Positions 1-13,362 are shown, numbered from the stretch's first letter. The stretch: 64,000 bases of DNA from Marsupella aquatica (GCA_973895155.1 OZ316896.1:4717925-4781924); one strand, 5' to 3'. Made by a program: numbers and translations. Notes: a model not told the origin generated them from the letters alone.

Positions 1-1586
1 GATGAAAGCTTAACTTGTTTGAGCTGGATTCTTTCGGGGTATTGCAGCCAGTCTGTCGCCAACTTATTTGGACTTAGCTGCTGGAAATGTTTGGGAGGGA
101 TGCGTGCGACATTCACTTAACCGGCATTTCCGTTCACCGGTTCTCTTCAAAATGCAGTTTGCTACGGGGGAACTTTGTAAATCGTTTATTGCTAACACGG
201 TGCAACATATAGATGATATCCAATGGATATCACTGTAGCTCGGGTGGCCAAGTTTGTTAGCTGAAGGGAGCCAATTCATGCCCTTCTAATAGCCTCACTC
301 CTAATGCCTCGAGCACAGACAAGAGTGTTAACGAAGTCTCATTTACATCGCTTGAGAACTAACATTTCAACTGAGACTGCAATTTGCAAAGAGGTCTGCT
401 AGAAAGTAGTTGGTAGCATTACATTCTGCAGTCTTAGCTCTGGAATTAGACGGTTTCAATTGCCCGAGGGATCTTCGGTGTTCCAAAGATAAACCAGACC
501 ATTAACTGTCTTGCGAAGCACATTCACCAGCACAAGAACTCATCATTTTTGTGCACCAGCACAAGAACTCATCATCGCGCATGATCTGGTCGTCACTACA
601 AAATGCTAACCCACATTAAAAGTATGTCCATTCTGGCCCAGAAGGTACTTTGGACTACCTGCTCACAACGACTTCTATTTCGACCACCGAGTTGCAAGAC
701 TTGGACCATGAATTCAGATGCAAAAGAGCCATGCATCGAAGCAACATGACTCCCTAATCAAGAAAAAGGGCTTACAAAAAAATCCCAGGACCAATAAAGC
801 CATTCTGAATTGATGGCTTTTAAGCTTGCCTTCAGCTCCACTGAAACAATCTATGAATGCTAAGAATCTGTACAAAGTCAGCTGCGAGCTTCAGCATGTA
901 GATCTCCTGCAGAACACGAGCTCACCAACTTACTGTCTCTCGTATGCTCTCTAGTTACGAGTGTCATAGTGATAGTACAAGGTATTGACCACGAACTCAA
1001 TCGCTCCAACTAGTAGTCCTTCCTCTAGGGCTATCCAGATTATAGGCAACAATCTTCCTCCATAGATGTCCAGTTCCTTTGATATAAACTTCCTCTACAT
1101 CCATCCGCTTTAGTAGACGATTGCCATAAACCAGCATGCGCTCATTTCCAGATAACTTCCAACGAAGAACTTGGGGCAGATAAACATACTGGCCTTCAGC
1201 GTAAATGATCTCCAACTCATTCCCTATCCGGGGATTTGATTATGAGTTGCCACAGATTTGCCCGGAAAGGAGTGGTCCATTCCTTGTCCTCCTTGTATTC
1301 CGTCAGATCGTCCAGGTGGTGATTCTCGTTCCAATTACACATCTATCCTTCAAGACTAATCATGGACGATACAGGATCTTCAACAGAGCTGTTTGTACGA
1401 TAAGATCCCAAAACTTAATGTTACTTCCTGAATCGTCGTCTACTTTAAGCACACCTAGAGCCGGCATCCAGCGAGATGGTCTTCAACGGAGACTTTCCAT
1501 GACTAATATATGTATGTGGCTGCAAGGATTGACTGTGGGTTCAAACGTGGCGTTCTATACAATGTCAATACAAAACAATGACACAG

Positions 1587-3704
1587 TCAGTGAACCATGT
1601 CAATATGAGAGCTCAGGTCGCGCTCACTGTGAACTGCCATCCCACAAATCGGACATGATACTGACAGGGTTTTTGATCTGTTCGTGAAAGCGGACGGAAC
1701 ATTATTTAAATTGGATTCTACGACGCCATTTTCCACCTCCATAGGTGCAGCTGTTGGTTCCCCTTTAGAGTTCCCACCCCAATGTTCCGAGTCTATATGC
1801 TCATTGAGTCGCCATGTTGCATCACCTCCACCAAATTTTCTATCACAAATAGGGCATCGGATGCCTCCGGTTGTATGATCTGTTCCCCCATCGCTAGGAC
1901 GAGGGGGGGTAGATGCCACACTTACTGGATGGGGTGTACTTAAGCTCGGAGTATGGGCAGCTGCCTTGTGAAGATCCATTTCTTTGAGCATAATAGCACG
2001 GCCACAAGAATCGCAAGGAGCAGTGCGGCAGCCACAGGAGCTCTCATGGTCTGTCAACCCACGAAGACGATCACGTACATTATAAGCTTGAGCACCGGCT
2101 TGCACCATATCTCCACAAAATCGACACGTGATTGACCGCAGAGGGCAAACACTGGCTCTGTGGTTCACCATCTCCTCCATCTCCAGAACTTCTCCGCATT
2201 CACATTGGAGAGGTTCATGGAAGATCTTCACGTGTTTGGCCAGCTCTTCTCTCTTCAGAGCTTGCCCACATTTGGAACAATGCACATGATTATCCATCTC
2301 TTCTTTCCTCAAAACAACCCCACAGTTTGGTTCCTTGCACAAAACATTATGTCTGTAGCAATAAGCTTCGTGCAAGAATTTTTTCGCCACTGGTACCAGT
2401 TGCTTACAATTCCCACAATGCCCGTACCCCTCCTCCGTTCTATCTGAACTAAAATCCACCATACTACTTCCCAGTTTCTGTCCGGCGCTTGATTGCTGAA
2501 CCACTGACGGCTTCGCTTCGACCAGAATCTTGAAATTTGGGTTTCCGTAATAGCCATGAACTCCTACACTATAAGTACTTGCATTTACCTGTGGCCCAGA
2601 GGAGCTCAATATGATTACTTTCGAACCCTTGTCATGAGAAGACCACTCATGATTGTGTTGGGTCGGAAACAATAGTGGATGAGCACCTACATAGATATCC
2701 GCGTCAGCGGCTTCAGCACTGTCCACAACATCCAGATGCACGAGCACATCCACTTCTCCACCAGCAACAGATTTAGCGAGCGCGTTGTCTAATCTGAATT
2801 TATAATACATATATTGTCCTTCAGAAACAACACCATTTTGAGGTTTCCCGAGCTCCAAGGGTACCAGCCTGCTCTGGGCTGAGGCTCCAACCTGCTGGCT
2901 GCTGTCAATTACACCCCCAACGACATCTGCTTCCATATCCGTCTCAAGCACAGACACGCTGGAGCTGGGCTTCAGCTCCGTTACTCTCAATCCATACTCC
3001 ACTCCTGCGTGCTGGACTGTCAGCAGATCACCGACAGACAAACTCGCGTGCTGCCTCAATTTAGTCTCGAGAACAGCTTTGTGGTTCGGGACATCCACAA
3101 AATCTAAACCTTCCGCTTGGAACTTGGCATATGTTCCTTTTGGAAGTCTCACATACCTCACCCTTGCGCTCGTCAGTCCTTGGACAGATGCTTCGGCAAG
3201 CCCTGAATTGTGCCACACATGAGGTGGGACCTCCACGAAACCTTCGCGGGCAACGAATTCGAGTACCCCAGAATGAGTACACTTAGGCCAATCTTCTTCT
3301 CCTCCTTCCCCGGATGCGTCACGGGCAGTTTCCTTGTAGGCAACAGAGACTTCGAAAAACATGGGACCTTTGTCGATGGCGTTTTGAGAAGAGAGTTCCC
3401 CAAACGCTGACGCCGGAAGCCTGATTTTATCCCCACTTCCTGAGATGGGAACCACCCGTAGGACTTTGTCGAAAACGATGCCGTCTCCCACCCATAAATT
3501 TTCCTCCTCTCGCTGTTGCGCAGCCAAACTAGCCGCAGCTTCCTCTAGACGACGCGCAAGCTGCGCGCTCTCGATGGCCTGCTGACGTTTGGCCGCCTCG
3601 TCTCTGGCTTTCTTTTCTCGCTCTCGTTCTCTCCTCGCCTTCTCCTTCTTCTCCCTCTGCTCTCGCTCCCACTTCTCCTTCGCTTGCCTCAATTCGAAAT
3701 CCAT
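1587..3704 (-). CDS. UFD1-family (ubiquitin fusion degradation) protein with TRAF-like and C-terminal C2H2/UBZ-like zinc fingers
   Basis: Uninterrupted 705-aa ORF. Charged coiled-coil N-terminus; UFD1 motifs GDKIRLPASA, THSGVLEFVA, RYVRLPKGTYAKFQ, HKAVLETKLRQHASLSVGD; Cys/His repeats (CGNCKQ..LHEAYCYRHNVLC, CRFCGDMV, CGCRTAPCDSC); two terminal CPIC..H..H fingers. Confidence 0.92.
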   Translation of the reverse strand: MDFELRQAKEKWEREQREKKEKARREREREKKARDEAAKRQQAIESAQLARRLEEAAASLAAQQREEENLWVGDGIVFDKVLRVVPISGSGDKIRLPASAFGELSSQNAIDKGPMFFEVSVAYKETARDASGEGGEEDWPKCTHSGVLEFVAREGFVEVPPHVWHNSGLAEASVQGLTSARVRYVRLPKGTYAKFQAEGLDFVDVPNHKAVLETKLRQHASLSVGDLLTVQHAGVEYGLRVTELKPSSSVSVLETDMEADVVGGVIDSSQQVGASAQSRLVPLELGKPQNGVVSEGQYMYYKFRLDNALAKSVAGGEVDVLVHLDVVDSAEAADADIYVGAHPLLFPTQHNHEWSSHDKGSKVIILSSSGPQVNASTYSVGVHGYYGNPNFKILVEAKPSVVQQSSAGQKLGSSMVDFSSDRTEEGYGHCGNCKQLVPVAKKFLHEAYCYRHNVLCKEPNCGVVLRKEEMDNHVHCSKCGQALKREELAKHVKIFHEPLQCECGEVLEMEEMVNHRASVCPLRSITCRFCGDMVQAGAQAYNVRDRLRGLTDHESSCGCRTAPCDSCGRAIMLKEMDLHKAAAHTPSLSTPHPVSVASTPPRPSDGGTDHTTGGIRCPICDRKFGGGDATWRLNEHIDSEHWGGNSKGEPTAAPMEVENGVVESNLNNVPSAFTNRSKTLSVSCPICGMAVHSERDLSSHIDMVH

Positions 3705-5229
3705 CCTCGCCTAGCAGCTTTATTTCCCGATGCAAATCGCACTCCCAGCAAAAGGTTGCAGAATTGAATGCCAAGATAGGAAACCCTAGTAATTGAGCAG
3801 TGGCCCCACGACACCCTACTTGATATGATCGTCTAGGGTTTCGTCAAACATACAGTTAAATCCTTTCAATCCTTCCAAATTCGTTTGTATCCACCAACCT
3901 GACGGTTAACACGATTGCTTTGAGAACATCCGTTCACCAAAACCAACAATTGAATTGGACAACCACTGCACGACCCTACGATCCGGCTCCGTCCTCAGAA
4001 CCTCCCGCCAGCCCAGATGCGTCTATCCAATCCACAATTGTGAGGAGCGTCTATGGATTCCAACGAATTCGGAAACAATCTCCCCACCACCACAACCAAT
4101 CTGTGATCACCTCCTATCCTGTCAGCCTAGAGAATCCGACGAAAAACTCTCGCCGATAGAAACGAAAATTCGAAATATGCAAACGAGAGAGAACTATCGC
4201 ACACCAAAAGAGGCGATGAAAAGCAAAATCGCGCCACAGCAAGTTGAACTCAGTACGTCTTTCTCGTACGACGGCTCTCCAACGAATCTCGATCCTCCAA
4301 TTCCGAAATCAGACACAGACCCGAAGAGATTTCGAGGTCCTCCTCAAGAACAGAAGTGCTCGAACTCATTGAAATGGAGAGAGGCGGGTACTTTATAGAA
4401 GATGCACATTGCACAAGAATGTTTTCGAACCCCTACTGATGAATGACGAAAGAGGTTTGAGAGACACGACACGCCAAATGGCGAGTCCCGACACGGCCGG
4501 TAAATGAGAACTTACGGTACGTAAGGGATATTATTAATCAACCAAATAAATCTTTACATAATCTCACGTACTCCCCTGTACCCCAGATCGACGGTAGACC
4601 TTCCTTGGTGGAAATAACGGTTATTATATCTATTTCTCTTTACGAACCAATCACAGAATACGGAATTCCCACGCTCTCGATATCGCCTAGATCGACGGCT
4701 ATAGAACGATCCGGCTGACTTGGCCGAACGTCAGACCTCCTGGACAGGAAAGGGCTCATGGAAGGGAACGATTAGCTTAGTAGTCTTAATTTATTCCGTC
4801 ATTTATTGATTACAGATGAATCATCAACGGTGAGAGTAATACCTGCTGTACTGTGTGTGCGAGAGGGAAGGACATGATAGGGGCGGACGAGGTTCGATCC
4901 TCTGCAGTGACAAAACGGATAGGTTGACGATTGGTCGCGAAAATGCTGCTTCCGCCTCTCTTGCGTTTGGGTGCTCTCACTGCGCCGCCTGATGGTGCAA
5001 AGGAAGCTGCCGGCTGTACAGGAAGGTTCACGGTTTTCCTCCGCGTGCAGTACTAGGGGAGATGGGGCTTTGATTGGCACGAAGTTCACTCCAAAAAATG
5101 TTGGGTTGGGTTTAGGGTAACTCATCTCCAAGATATAGTAAAAAAATGTGCAAGTTAACTTATCCCCAAAATAATGGAAAATATAGGATAACACATTTGT
5201 CATATGACTTTAGAAAATGTAATGTGTAG

Positions 5230-5395
5230 AATAACCCATCCCCAAGATGGTGGAATGAGTTGTGATCCCTGAGGGCGATTAGCCCAGGGGTTTACAGTCC
5301 ATATTTTATAATGGGTAACCCATCCCTAAGATGGTGGAGTGAGTTCTAATCTCTGAGGGTGATTAGCCCAGGGGTTTACAGTCCATTATTTATAA
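5230..5395. repeat. Tandem duplication of ~85-bp unit
   Basis: aacccatcc..aagatggtgga.tgagtt...tgaggg.gatt..agcccaggggtttacagtccat occurs twice in succession. Confidence 0.75.
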
Positions 5396-5706
5396 TTGTC
5401 GTTTGGGATTACAGCCCAATACTCTCAAGTGAGGATGAGTTACTAACTTAAATAAGCTTCAGAGTGAATTTTTAAAAAGTTTTTTGCAGTTTAAATTAGA
5501 GAGCCTAGAATCAGAAACATCACTTGGGGACAGTAATATATACACACTCCACTGTTCACACTAGATAGGATTTGTCATTGTTTTGTTTAAATTTGCATAT
5601 GCTATGGAAATTTTGATGTCAGTGATAGAGTAGTGTGGCTCAATGGAAAGAAAGGCTGTGTCGCTATTTGCAAAAATCAATCCTTTGAAAGTACATAATT
5701 ATAGTA

Positions 5707-6497
5707 TTGGAGGTCATCAAAAGTCAGAGTGCAAAGTCAGAGGCCTGGGAGCAGTTGTTTAATGACTGGAGGAGACTGGACGGTACATATATAGGGGATT
5801 CACCATTGATACAAGCCTTGACCTTTATGATCAACTGTGCACCAAAGCTGTTGGTCAACTTGCTCATAGAGTTCATTTTTACAAGTCAGAGACAAGATGG
5901 TAAGTTGTATCGGACAGCCACCATGCATTCAGAATATGCCTCGCGCTAATGATTGCGTCATTTGAGCTCTTCATTAGAGAGTGGCAAAGCATTTACTCCA
6001 ATTGACATTTTCAAGGCCCATAAGTACATGAAGGTGAAGCTTGTTAGAGACGAAGCTGCTACGTCGCCAGTATTGGCAGGAATTGGAAAGCAAATCAAGA
6101 AAAGTGACGTCCTAAGTCCTTTCGAGGAAGCCAAAATGTTGAGCCTCCCACAGGATGGCAAGCTACATCTTCTCTGCCGACCAACTTGAGATTTGCATAC
6201 TTTAGTACGTACTTTGTGAACCAATTTCTTATTAGAGGTTCTAGTGAGCTAAGATTCGTGGCGCAAGGTGATTTTGTGGTCTTTAAGAGAGCAGCTAGAG
6301 AGTATGTGAGATTCTGTCAAGGTGTCTCCAAGAACTGGAAAACAAGTGTGCAAAAATACTTAGCGGAGCACTATAGGCCACCCGTGGGTGTTTACACCAA
6401 AGATGTGGTAGTCACATATGAATAATAAGATTCTGCTGTCTGAACATCCGACCCAGCTGGGTGTCCAACAAATTGCATCAATAAGCCTCCATTGTTC
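5707..6497 (+). pseudogene. DUF3504/Crypton-type tyrosine recombinase, 5' part (frameshifted; interrupted by Copia)
   Basis: Successive frames read LLIEFIFTSQRQDGKLY..T, IDIFK..AGIGKQIKKSDVLSPFEE, FLIRGSSELR..DF, GVSKNWK and KPPLF. This matches the order of recalled DUF3504/CryptonA motifs (Fi..vrk.DG..Y; G.G...kqa.pit.eeE; F.lRg..Ehr.L; sKn). Confidence 0.65.
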
Positions 6498-6841
6498 TGT
6501 TAGATATTGCTCTAGTCTTATGACTCATGAGCTAACCACAGTTAGTCTAACTCGGGTTAGGACTTAGCTAATGTTAGCGGTAGTGTTGTTGTGCATATAG
6601 CCAGGGCTGATGCTAGACCCTGGTGGAACTTAGGCTCATTGTTACGGAGCTAGTTGAAAGATAGGGAGAGCTTGTGCTGTGGATGCTTGGTATGGCCGGT
6701 CGGCCTAGAGTGCAGTAAAGCTCTTGTGTGTTCCCGTGGACGTAGCCTCATGTGGAGGTGAACCACGTATCTCTGTGTGTCGACTCTTGTGCGTTGGATG
6801 GTTCATGGGCTTGCCGTTACGAATGTCGTCTATGCTGAACA
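6498..6841 (+). repeat. 5' LTR (344 bp)
   Basis: tgttagatattgc...tatgctgaaca; by eye it differs from the 3' LTR at about 7 substitutions and one 4-bp indel. Confidence 0.97.
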
Positions 6842-6843
6842 AG

Positions 6844-6855
6844 TGGTATCAGAGC
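6844..6855 (+). other. Primer binding site (initiator tRNA-Met)
   Basis: TGGTATCAGAGC two bases after the 5' LTR. Confidence 0.95.
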
Positions 6856-8416
6856 ATGCCTGGGAGGTGACGAGGTTTTTTCGTGATAGGTTTTTTCTAG
6901 CGTTCATTGTCGATGGTACATTTAGAGTTTTGTCGCATGAAACTCGAATGTGTGTGGCTGTGCGGATAGGTTAGTGAGAGGACTTTCTAACGGTGGTTAG
7001 AACTCGCTGATCGGTATCTGTGGTGCGGAGGAATCAAAGTTTGCGTCGTTCAGGTGTTATTCGTGTTCGACGGGTTTTCGGGGGAGAGACCAGAGTTCAC
7101 ATTTTTCAACGGTGTGTGCTGTGCGGTGCGGGAGTAAACACCCTAAAGCTTGTTCCCATCTGAACCGGGTTTCTCTTCGTGACATCCGACTTGGTGGAAG
7201 AATCACAAAGTGCTACGGCTCAACGGATTGATTGTGGCGAGGCGGTCGTTTTGAGCCCGGGATTGGCACTTGACGCAGAGTGAAGGTGACGTGACAAAAA
7301 GTTTTGTCTCTGCTAAGGCTGCAGACTATGCCGGTACAATTCAACAACATTTCCCATCGGCGATGTTCTTTTTCCTCGTTTCAAACAGCGGCAATCCAAG
7401 TGAGTAATTTCCTTTTGGATTTAAAGGGGGGTTTTTTGGGCCATATTTCCGTGTATACACGAGGTGTATACACACACCTCATATTTGGGCCTCGCATACT
7501 CGGATTACTCCCCCTGTCGGCTGTGTCCTCCCGCTCTCGCTCCCCCCTCCCGACTTCCCGTTTACTTGGGCCGGAGTTTGGCTGCGCAACGTCGACCGGC
7601 GTGCGCCCCGGCCTTATGCCCGCTACCTCGCGCCCCCGTTCACAAGTAGCCGGCGTGCCCTGCGCTGTACGCCCCGCTACGGCCCCGCGCTACGCCCTCG
7701 CGACTGTCGGCCTGCCATCGCGACTCCTACCTCGCCCTGCCCTTGCGGGTGCTCGCTACTTCGCGGCACCGGCTGCCTGCCCCGGCGGCTGTATTTTGTA
7801 CTCCCGGCCCCCGCCTCAATATCCTGTACGCCCCCTGGCCCGCCTCGCGTCGCCTATACGCCGCGGATGCGCCCTTTTATTTATACTTTGTATTTTGGTA
7901 AGGGACTTTGCACCCCCTTTAAGCCCCTTTTTTAAGCCGTTTTTTCCTCCCCTTTGTTCTCCTTGTGCTGGGACCTGCCGCCCTCCGTTTTAACCGCTCC
8001 GACAGGGGGAACGGCCCCCTGTGAAACCTGTCAGACTGTGCGGGAATATTCCTGAAAAATAGAGAGTTGTTTTTTGGCCATCCGACAAAGATTCCGTCCG
8101 CCAAACGATAACTTTTTTGGTTCTTTTTTGGTGAGGACGTTGCCACTGGAGTTAGCAATGCGGCGCACCGATCACATTGCGATTCCGATGACGGGTTGTA
8201 CTTGGTATTTCGGTTATTCTCCGAGGTGGTCAAAACGGGGGAGTTTCCCAAGGTTTTACCCACCCCGACCGAAATTTGAATAACTTTTCCATCGAATTTC
8301 GATTTTGATTTCGGTTTTCAGTATTGGACTCCTAGCTTCGTGGGCTACGCGGCGGTGTTGAGTTTTGAGTTTTATGAGAAGTTTCAAAAAAAGACATTTT
8401 TTCGTGATTGTTTCAT

Positions 8417-11400
8417 ATGAGTGACTCGGGGGATACTGGAAGAATTGGCGTCGGTGGAGCTTCAGGATCGCGACGGTCAGACGGAGAGTCTGAGGAGGAG
8501 CTGTTACCATTTGAGGAAGAACTAGTGACACCGGTACGATCACCGGTGCGGCGTGCAGTGGAGGAAGCTGTGTTACTACCAGAGCTGTCGGTAGTTGGAA
8601 AGAAGAGGGAGATGGCTAGATTTGGAGGAGTGAAGTTTGAGGTGGAGAAGTACGATGGTCGTACTCTTTACTTGCTGTGGGAGAAGCAAGTGAAGGGTGT
8701 TCTACGGGCCATGGGCTTAGCTCATCTGCTCTCTTCGCGAGAGCAGTATGATGGAGAAGAGGAGATCTCAGAGAAGCAGTGGAGACAGGAGCAGGTGATT
8801 GCTGTCAATGCAGTGATGCTATATCTCAAGCCGCACATCATCAAACAGCTGGATGATTATGCGGATTGCGCGTCATTGTTCAAGGCTCTTAGAGAGAAGT
8901 ACTACCGGGAAGATGCGTCAGACCGGCTATACAAGAAGTGTCTCTTGATGAGCCTCAGGCTCAAGGAAGGGAGCAAGATGCAGGATCATCTGGATGAGTT
9001 TGACAGGCTAGCGGTGGATCTGTCAGACCTGGGAAAAGGAGTTGAAGATGAGGATAAAGCCTTGCTTTTGCTAAGCTCCTTACCGCCATCTTATCAGGGC
9101 TTGAAACAGGTTCTCTTGTACAGAGATCTGAAGTCCATTTCGTATAATGAGGTGGTGAGCTCATTACTGTCTGATGATGCTCAGAAGAAGCTGGGTCAAT
9201 CACAAACAACATCTTCTTATGGCACTGCGCTCAATGTGAATAGGGGAAGAGCAGCGCAGCGCACGAATGGACAGAATAGGTTTAGATCTACATCACGGGG
9301 GAGATCTAAATCCAGAGGGAAATTGCAAGAGAGGAAGCCTCTTGCATGTTGGAATTGTGGCAAGCCTGGCCACATGAAAAGGGATTGTCGAGTAAAGGTC
9401 CCTACTGCCTCTGCTAACGCGGCATCGAGCTCGCATGAGGTAGATTTACTCGATGATGATGACATATTGTGATGTCAAGGTTATGCTCTCAACGTAGTGT
9501 CAAATCCAGGTAGTGAAGACTGGATTCTAGATAGTGCATATAATTTTCACATTTGCTCTAGAAGAGATTGTTTCAGTTCTTACACGGTGTCTAACGGGTC
9601 AGTGTTGATGGGAAATGGAATCCCATGTCAAGTTGTTGGACTTGGATCTGTAAGATTTCAGATGTTTGATGGTGCTGTGAGAACATTGAGGAATGTGAGA
9701 CATATTCCCAGCATGATGAAAAATCTCATTTCACTTGGAGTTTTAGAGGCAAATGGCCATCAGTGGAGTTCTGCTAATGGTGTCCTTTAGGTTTCAACTG
9801 GTACTAAAGTTGTATTGAAGGGAAAGAGACATTGCAATCTATACGTTTTGGAGGGCAGTGTAGTCTGGGATGAAGCCAATGTAACCTTATCTCATGAGGA
9901 GACGGCCCAGTTGTGGCACTTCCGTTTGGGTCACATGAGTGAAAAATGTTTGGTTATTCTTCAGAAGAAATGATTACTTTCTAATTTGTAATCTTGTAAG
10001 TTGGAATTTTTTGAGCACTGTGTGCTAGGGAAGCAGCAAAGAAAACCCTTCGGAGTTGGAACTCACACCAGCAAGGAGGTACTTGAGTATGTACAAAGTG
10101 ATGTGTGGGGTCCAGCCCCTACTCCCTCACATTCTAGACGGTTATACTATGTCACGTTCATTGACGATTACTCAAGGTATGTGTGGATATACTTTCTACA
10201 CAATAAGTCTGATGTTTTTGCCACTTTTAAGGAGTGGAAAGCCCAAGTTGAGAATCAGACTGGTAATAAGGTGTGATATCTTCGATCGGATAACGGCGGT
10301 GAATACAGTTCCGGGGAATTTGGAACGTATTGTAAGGAGCAGGGGATTACCCGCCATCTCACAACAAGTTATACTCCTCAGCATAATGGTATTTCTGAGA
10401 GACTCAACCGAACACTATTGGACCGCTCGAGGAGTATGTTGAGTCAATCATGCTTACCACATGAGTTTTGGGCTGAAGTTGTCAACATTGCAACTTATTT
10501 GGTAATTTTTTCTCCATCCAGTTCTATTGGATTCAAGACGCCATTTGAAATGAGGTACGGGCGTCCAGTAGATTACTCACATCTGACGATTTTTGGATGT
10601 GATGCTTATGTGCTTACACCTTCCCAGCTTTGATCCAAGCTGGAGTCCAAGTCGAAGAAGTGCATTTTCCTTGGTTATCAAAAAGGTGTGAAGGGTTATG
10701 GGTTATGAGATCCAGTAACCTGTAAGCTAATTGTCAGTAGAGATGTGTCCTTTAATGAATCCAGATCATCAAAGGAGGGGGAGAGTTCTCAGGACTCCCA
10801 TACTGACAAGGGGAAATCTCCCATCCCGGACCGGGTTGAGGGGGAGATTAGTCATGATGGTGTTCATGACAGGATAGATGGAGAAGCTCCGGGCTTGGAG
10901 CTGGTTCCTGTGATGGAACAAGAGGAGCAGATTGTTGTTGGGGTACCTCAAATTCAGCCAGCAACAGCAGCAGATCAGCCTGAATCATCTACTAGAAGAA
11001 CTTCCAGTCGTTCTACTAGAGCTCCTACCAGGTATGGTCAATGGGCAGACTCATCTAAGCTAGATGATATTGACATTGCACCTGATGAAGATGATATGGC
11101 TTTGATCTTGGAAGAAGGAGAGCCTTCTTCGTACAGTGAGGCTTGTGCTTCAGAGCAGAAGCATGAGTGGAATGCAGCAATGCAGAGGGAGTTACAATCT
11201 TTGAGTGACAACAAGACATGGGAGCTGGTGGAGCTTCCAAGAGGTCAGCAAGTGGTGGACAGCAAGTGGACTTACAAGTTGAAGGACAGTCCTTCAGAGG
11301 GTGGAGATAAGATCTACAAAACAAGGCTTGTTGCCAAGGGGTTCACTCAGGAGAAAGGAGTGGATTACAATGAGGTCTTTTCACCGGTGGCTAAGTATTC

Positions 11401-13174
11401 CACAATACGGATCTTGTGTCAACTTGTTGTGTTTTTTGGTCTGGTGATGGATCAGATGGATGTTGTTACTGCTTTTCTCTATGGAAACTTGGAAGAGTTG
11501 ATCTTCATGAGACAGCCACTAGGCTTTATGAAGAAGGGCCAAGAGAACTTAGTTTGCAGATTGCTCAAGTCCTTGTATGGATTGAAGTAGTCTCCCAGAC
11601 AGTGGAACAAGCGGTTTGATGATTTCATGCTTGCTCAAGGTTTTACAAGGATGGTGTATGATCCTTGTGTGTATACGAAATCAATCAAGAATGATGTATT
11701 TGGTTTCATCATTCTGGTGATCTATGTGAATGACATGCTGATTGTCGCTAAAGATCAATCTGAGGTTGACAGTCTCAAGGCGAAATTGAGTGCTGAATTC
11801 AGGATGAAGGATCTTGGTAAGGCCAAGAGGATCTTAGGGATGGAGATTTTTAGGAACTCTGATACTGGACAGTTGTGCTTGAGTCAAGGCCAGTATGCAA
11901 GGAAAGTACTTGCACGATTCAACATGGAGAACTGTAAGCCAGTGAGTATTCCTTTAGCTTCACATTTCAAGTTATCATCGGCTTTCTCTCCTACGGATGC
12001 TGTGGAGAAAGGTCTGATGGCTAAGATTCCTTATGAGAAGGCAATAGGCAGTCTGATGTATTTGATGACTTGTACTAGGCCTAACTTGGCCCTAGCAATG
12101 GGCAAGATTAACATATTCATGTCAAATCCAGGGAAGGTACATTGGGAAGCTGTGAAGTGGATTCTCAGGTATCTGAAGGGAACCGAGGACTATGGATTAC
12201 TATTTGATAACAGATCAGATAGAACGTTAGTTGGCTATGTAGATTCTGACTATGGAGGCTGTCTAGATACAAGGAGGTCTACAACTGGGTTTGTATACAC
12301 TCTTGGAGGAGGATGTATCAGTTGGAAATCTACCTTGCAGAAGTGTATATCTCAGTCTACTACAGAAGCAGAGTATGTTGCAGCAGCAGAAGCCCGGGTA
12401 TGCAACTCCCCTTTTTATAAGGCAAGTTTTTAATTCCTTATAATGGCCTTATATCCAATTGACCATCTTAGATTTCATTTTAGTCTACTAAAGTCTTGTA
12501 CCTCTAAACTCAAGGAATCCAAAAATGTAACTTAAAAAAAAACCAAACATGTTTTGATGTACAAAAAGTTGATCAAAACCAAATTATATGGGTTTTTTTT
12601 AATACAAGGGTCTACAGCCAAACTAGCAAGCTTTTTAGGATTTTTATTAAAATTTTAAAAATCTTTTAATAAAAATTACAACATGTATAGGAATATTTTT
12701 TAATTTCATATGGAAAATGAAGGAAACCAAACCTTTTATATGACTTGAAATTTTTTAAAAGTGGAAAACCCAGGTTTTTTCAAATTTTAATTATTTTGTA
12801 TAGCCAACTTTTTAGTCCATATAAAAATGTAGACCCCTGTCTATTATGTAAGAGTTGCTTACCCGGGAGTAGAAGCAGCAAAGAAAGCAATTTGGTTGGA
12901 TAAGTTGATCGCGGAGATGGGTTTAGAGCGTGGAAAAATGACTCTAAACTGTGATAGTCAGAGTGCTCTTCACTTGGCTGCTAACCAGGTGATGGATAGC
13001 AGGGTGAAGCACATTGATATCAGGTACCATTTTATCAGGCAAGTAGTGTCTGATAAAACTTTTGAGCTAGTCAAGATTGATGGAAAGCTCAATCCCGCTG
13101 ATGCCCTTACCAAAGTGATTCATTTGGAGAGTTTCTCAAGACACCGTGCTACTTTGCAGGTTTTACAGTTGTAG
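8417..13174 (+). pseudogene. Copia gag-pol polyprotein, with in-frame stops and a MITE insertion
   Basis: gag (KFEVEKYDG; zinc knuckle CWNCGKPGHMKRDC), protease WILDSA, integrase (WH.RLGH, SDVWGP, FIDDYSR, SDNGGEY), RT (YKTRLVAKGF, QMDVVTAFL, YVNDML with YVDD mutated), RNase H (YVDSDY, STTEAEY, CDSQSA, KHIDIRYHFIR, NPADALTK). The pre-MITE ORF fragments share one frame and are separated by nonsense codons. Confidence 0.95.
12393..12867. mobile_element. Non-autonomous DNA transposon (MITE, hAT-like 8-bp TSD) inserted in Copia RNase H
   Basis: TIRs cccgggtatgcaactc / gagttgcttacccggg (15/16); TSD agcagaag (12385-12392) / agtagaag (12868-12875); AT-rich non-coding interior; removing it restores YVAAAEAAKKAIWL. 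Confidence 0.92.
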
Positions 13175-13362
13175 TGCAAGTAGAGTTATTTAGCAATGTG
13201 TGACTATTTGTATATGGATTACTCATTCCTGTTAGGCTACGGCTTAGTTCTAGTTAACCCTTAGTTAACCCTTGTGGTTTTTAGGGGGAGACCTGGTTTG
13301 GTGATTGTCTAGAACTTCCCGCTGAGGATTCCATATGATAGCATTTAGTCCAGTCCCCAAGA

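Noticed and set aside
997-1560. Coding-like fragments downstream of the UFD1 gene (minus strand)
   Set aside because: Short, stop-interrupted, and no family could be recognised with confidence.
3920-4398. Plus-strand ORFs upstream of the UFD1 gene
   Set aside because: They overlap the likely 5' UTR/promoter of the minus-strand gene, have non-ATG starts and show no homology cues.
7304-7993. 229-aa Pro/Arg/Ala-rich ORF inside the Copia leader
   Set aside because: Non-ATG start and GC-rich low complexity explain the open frame; no recognisable domain.
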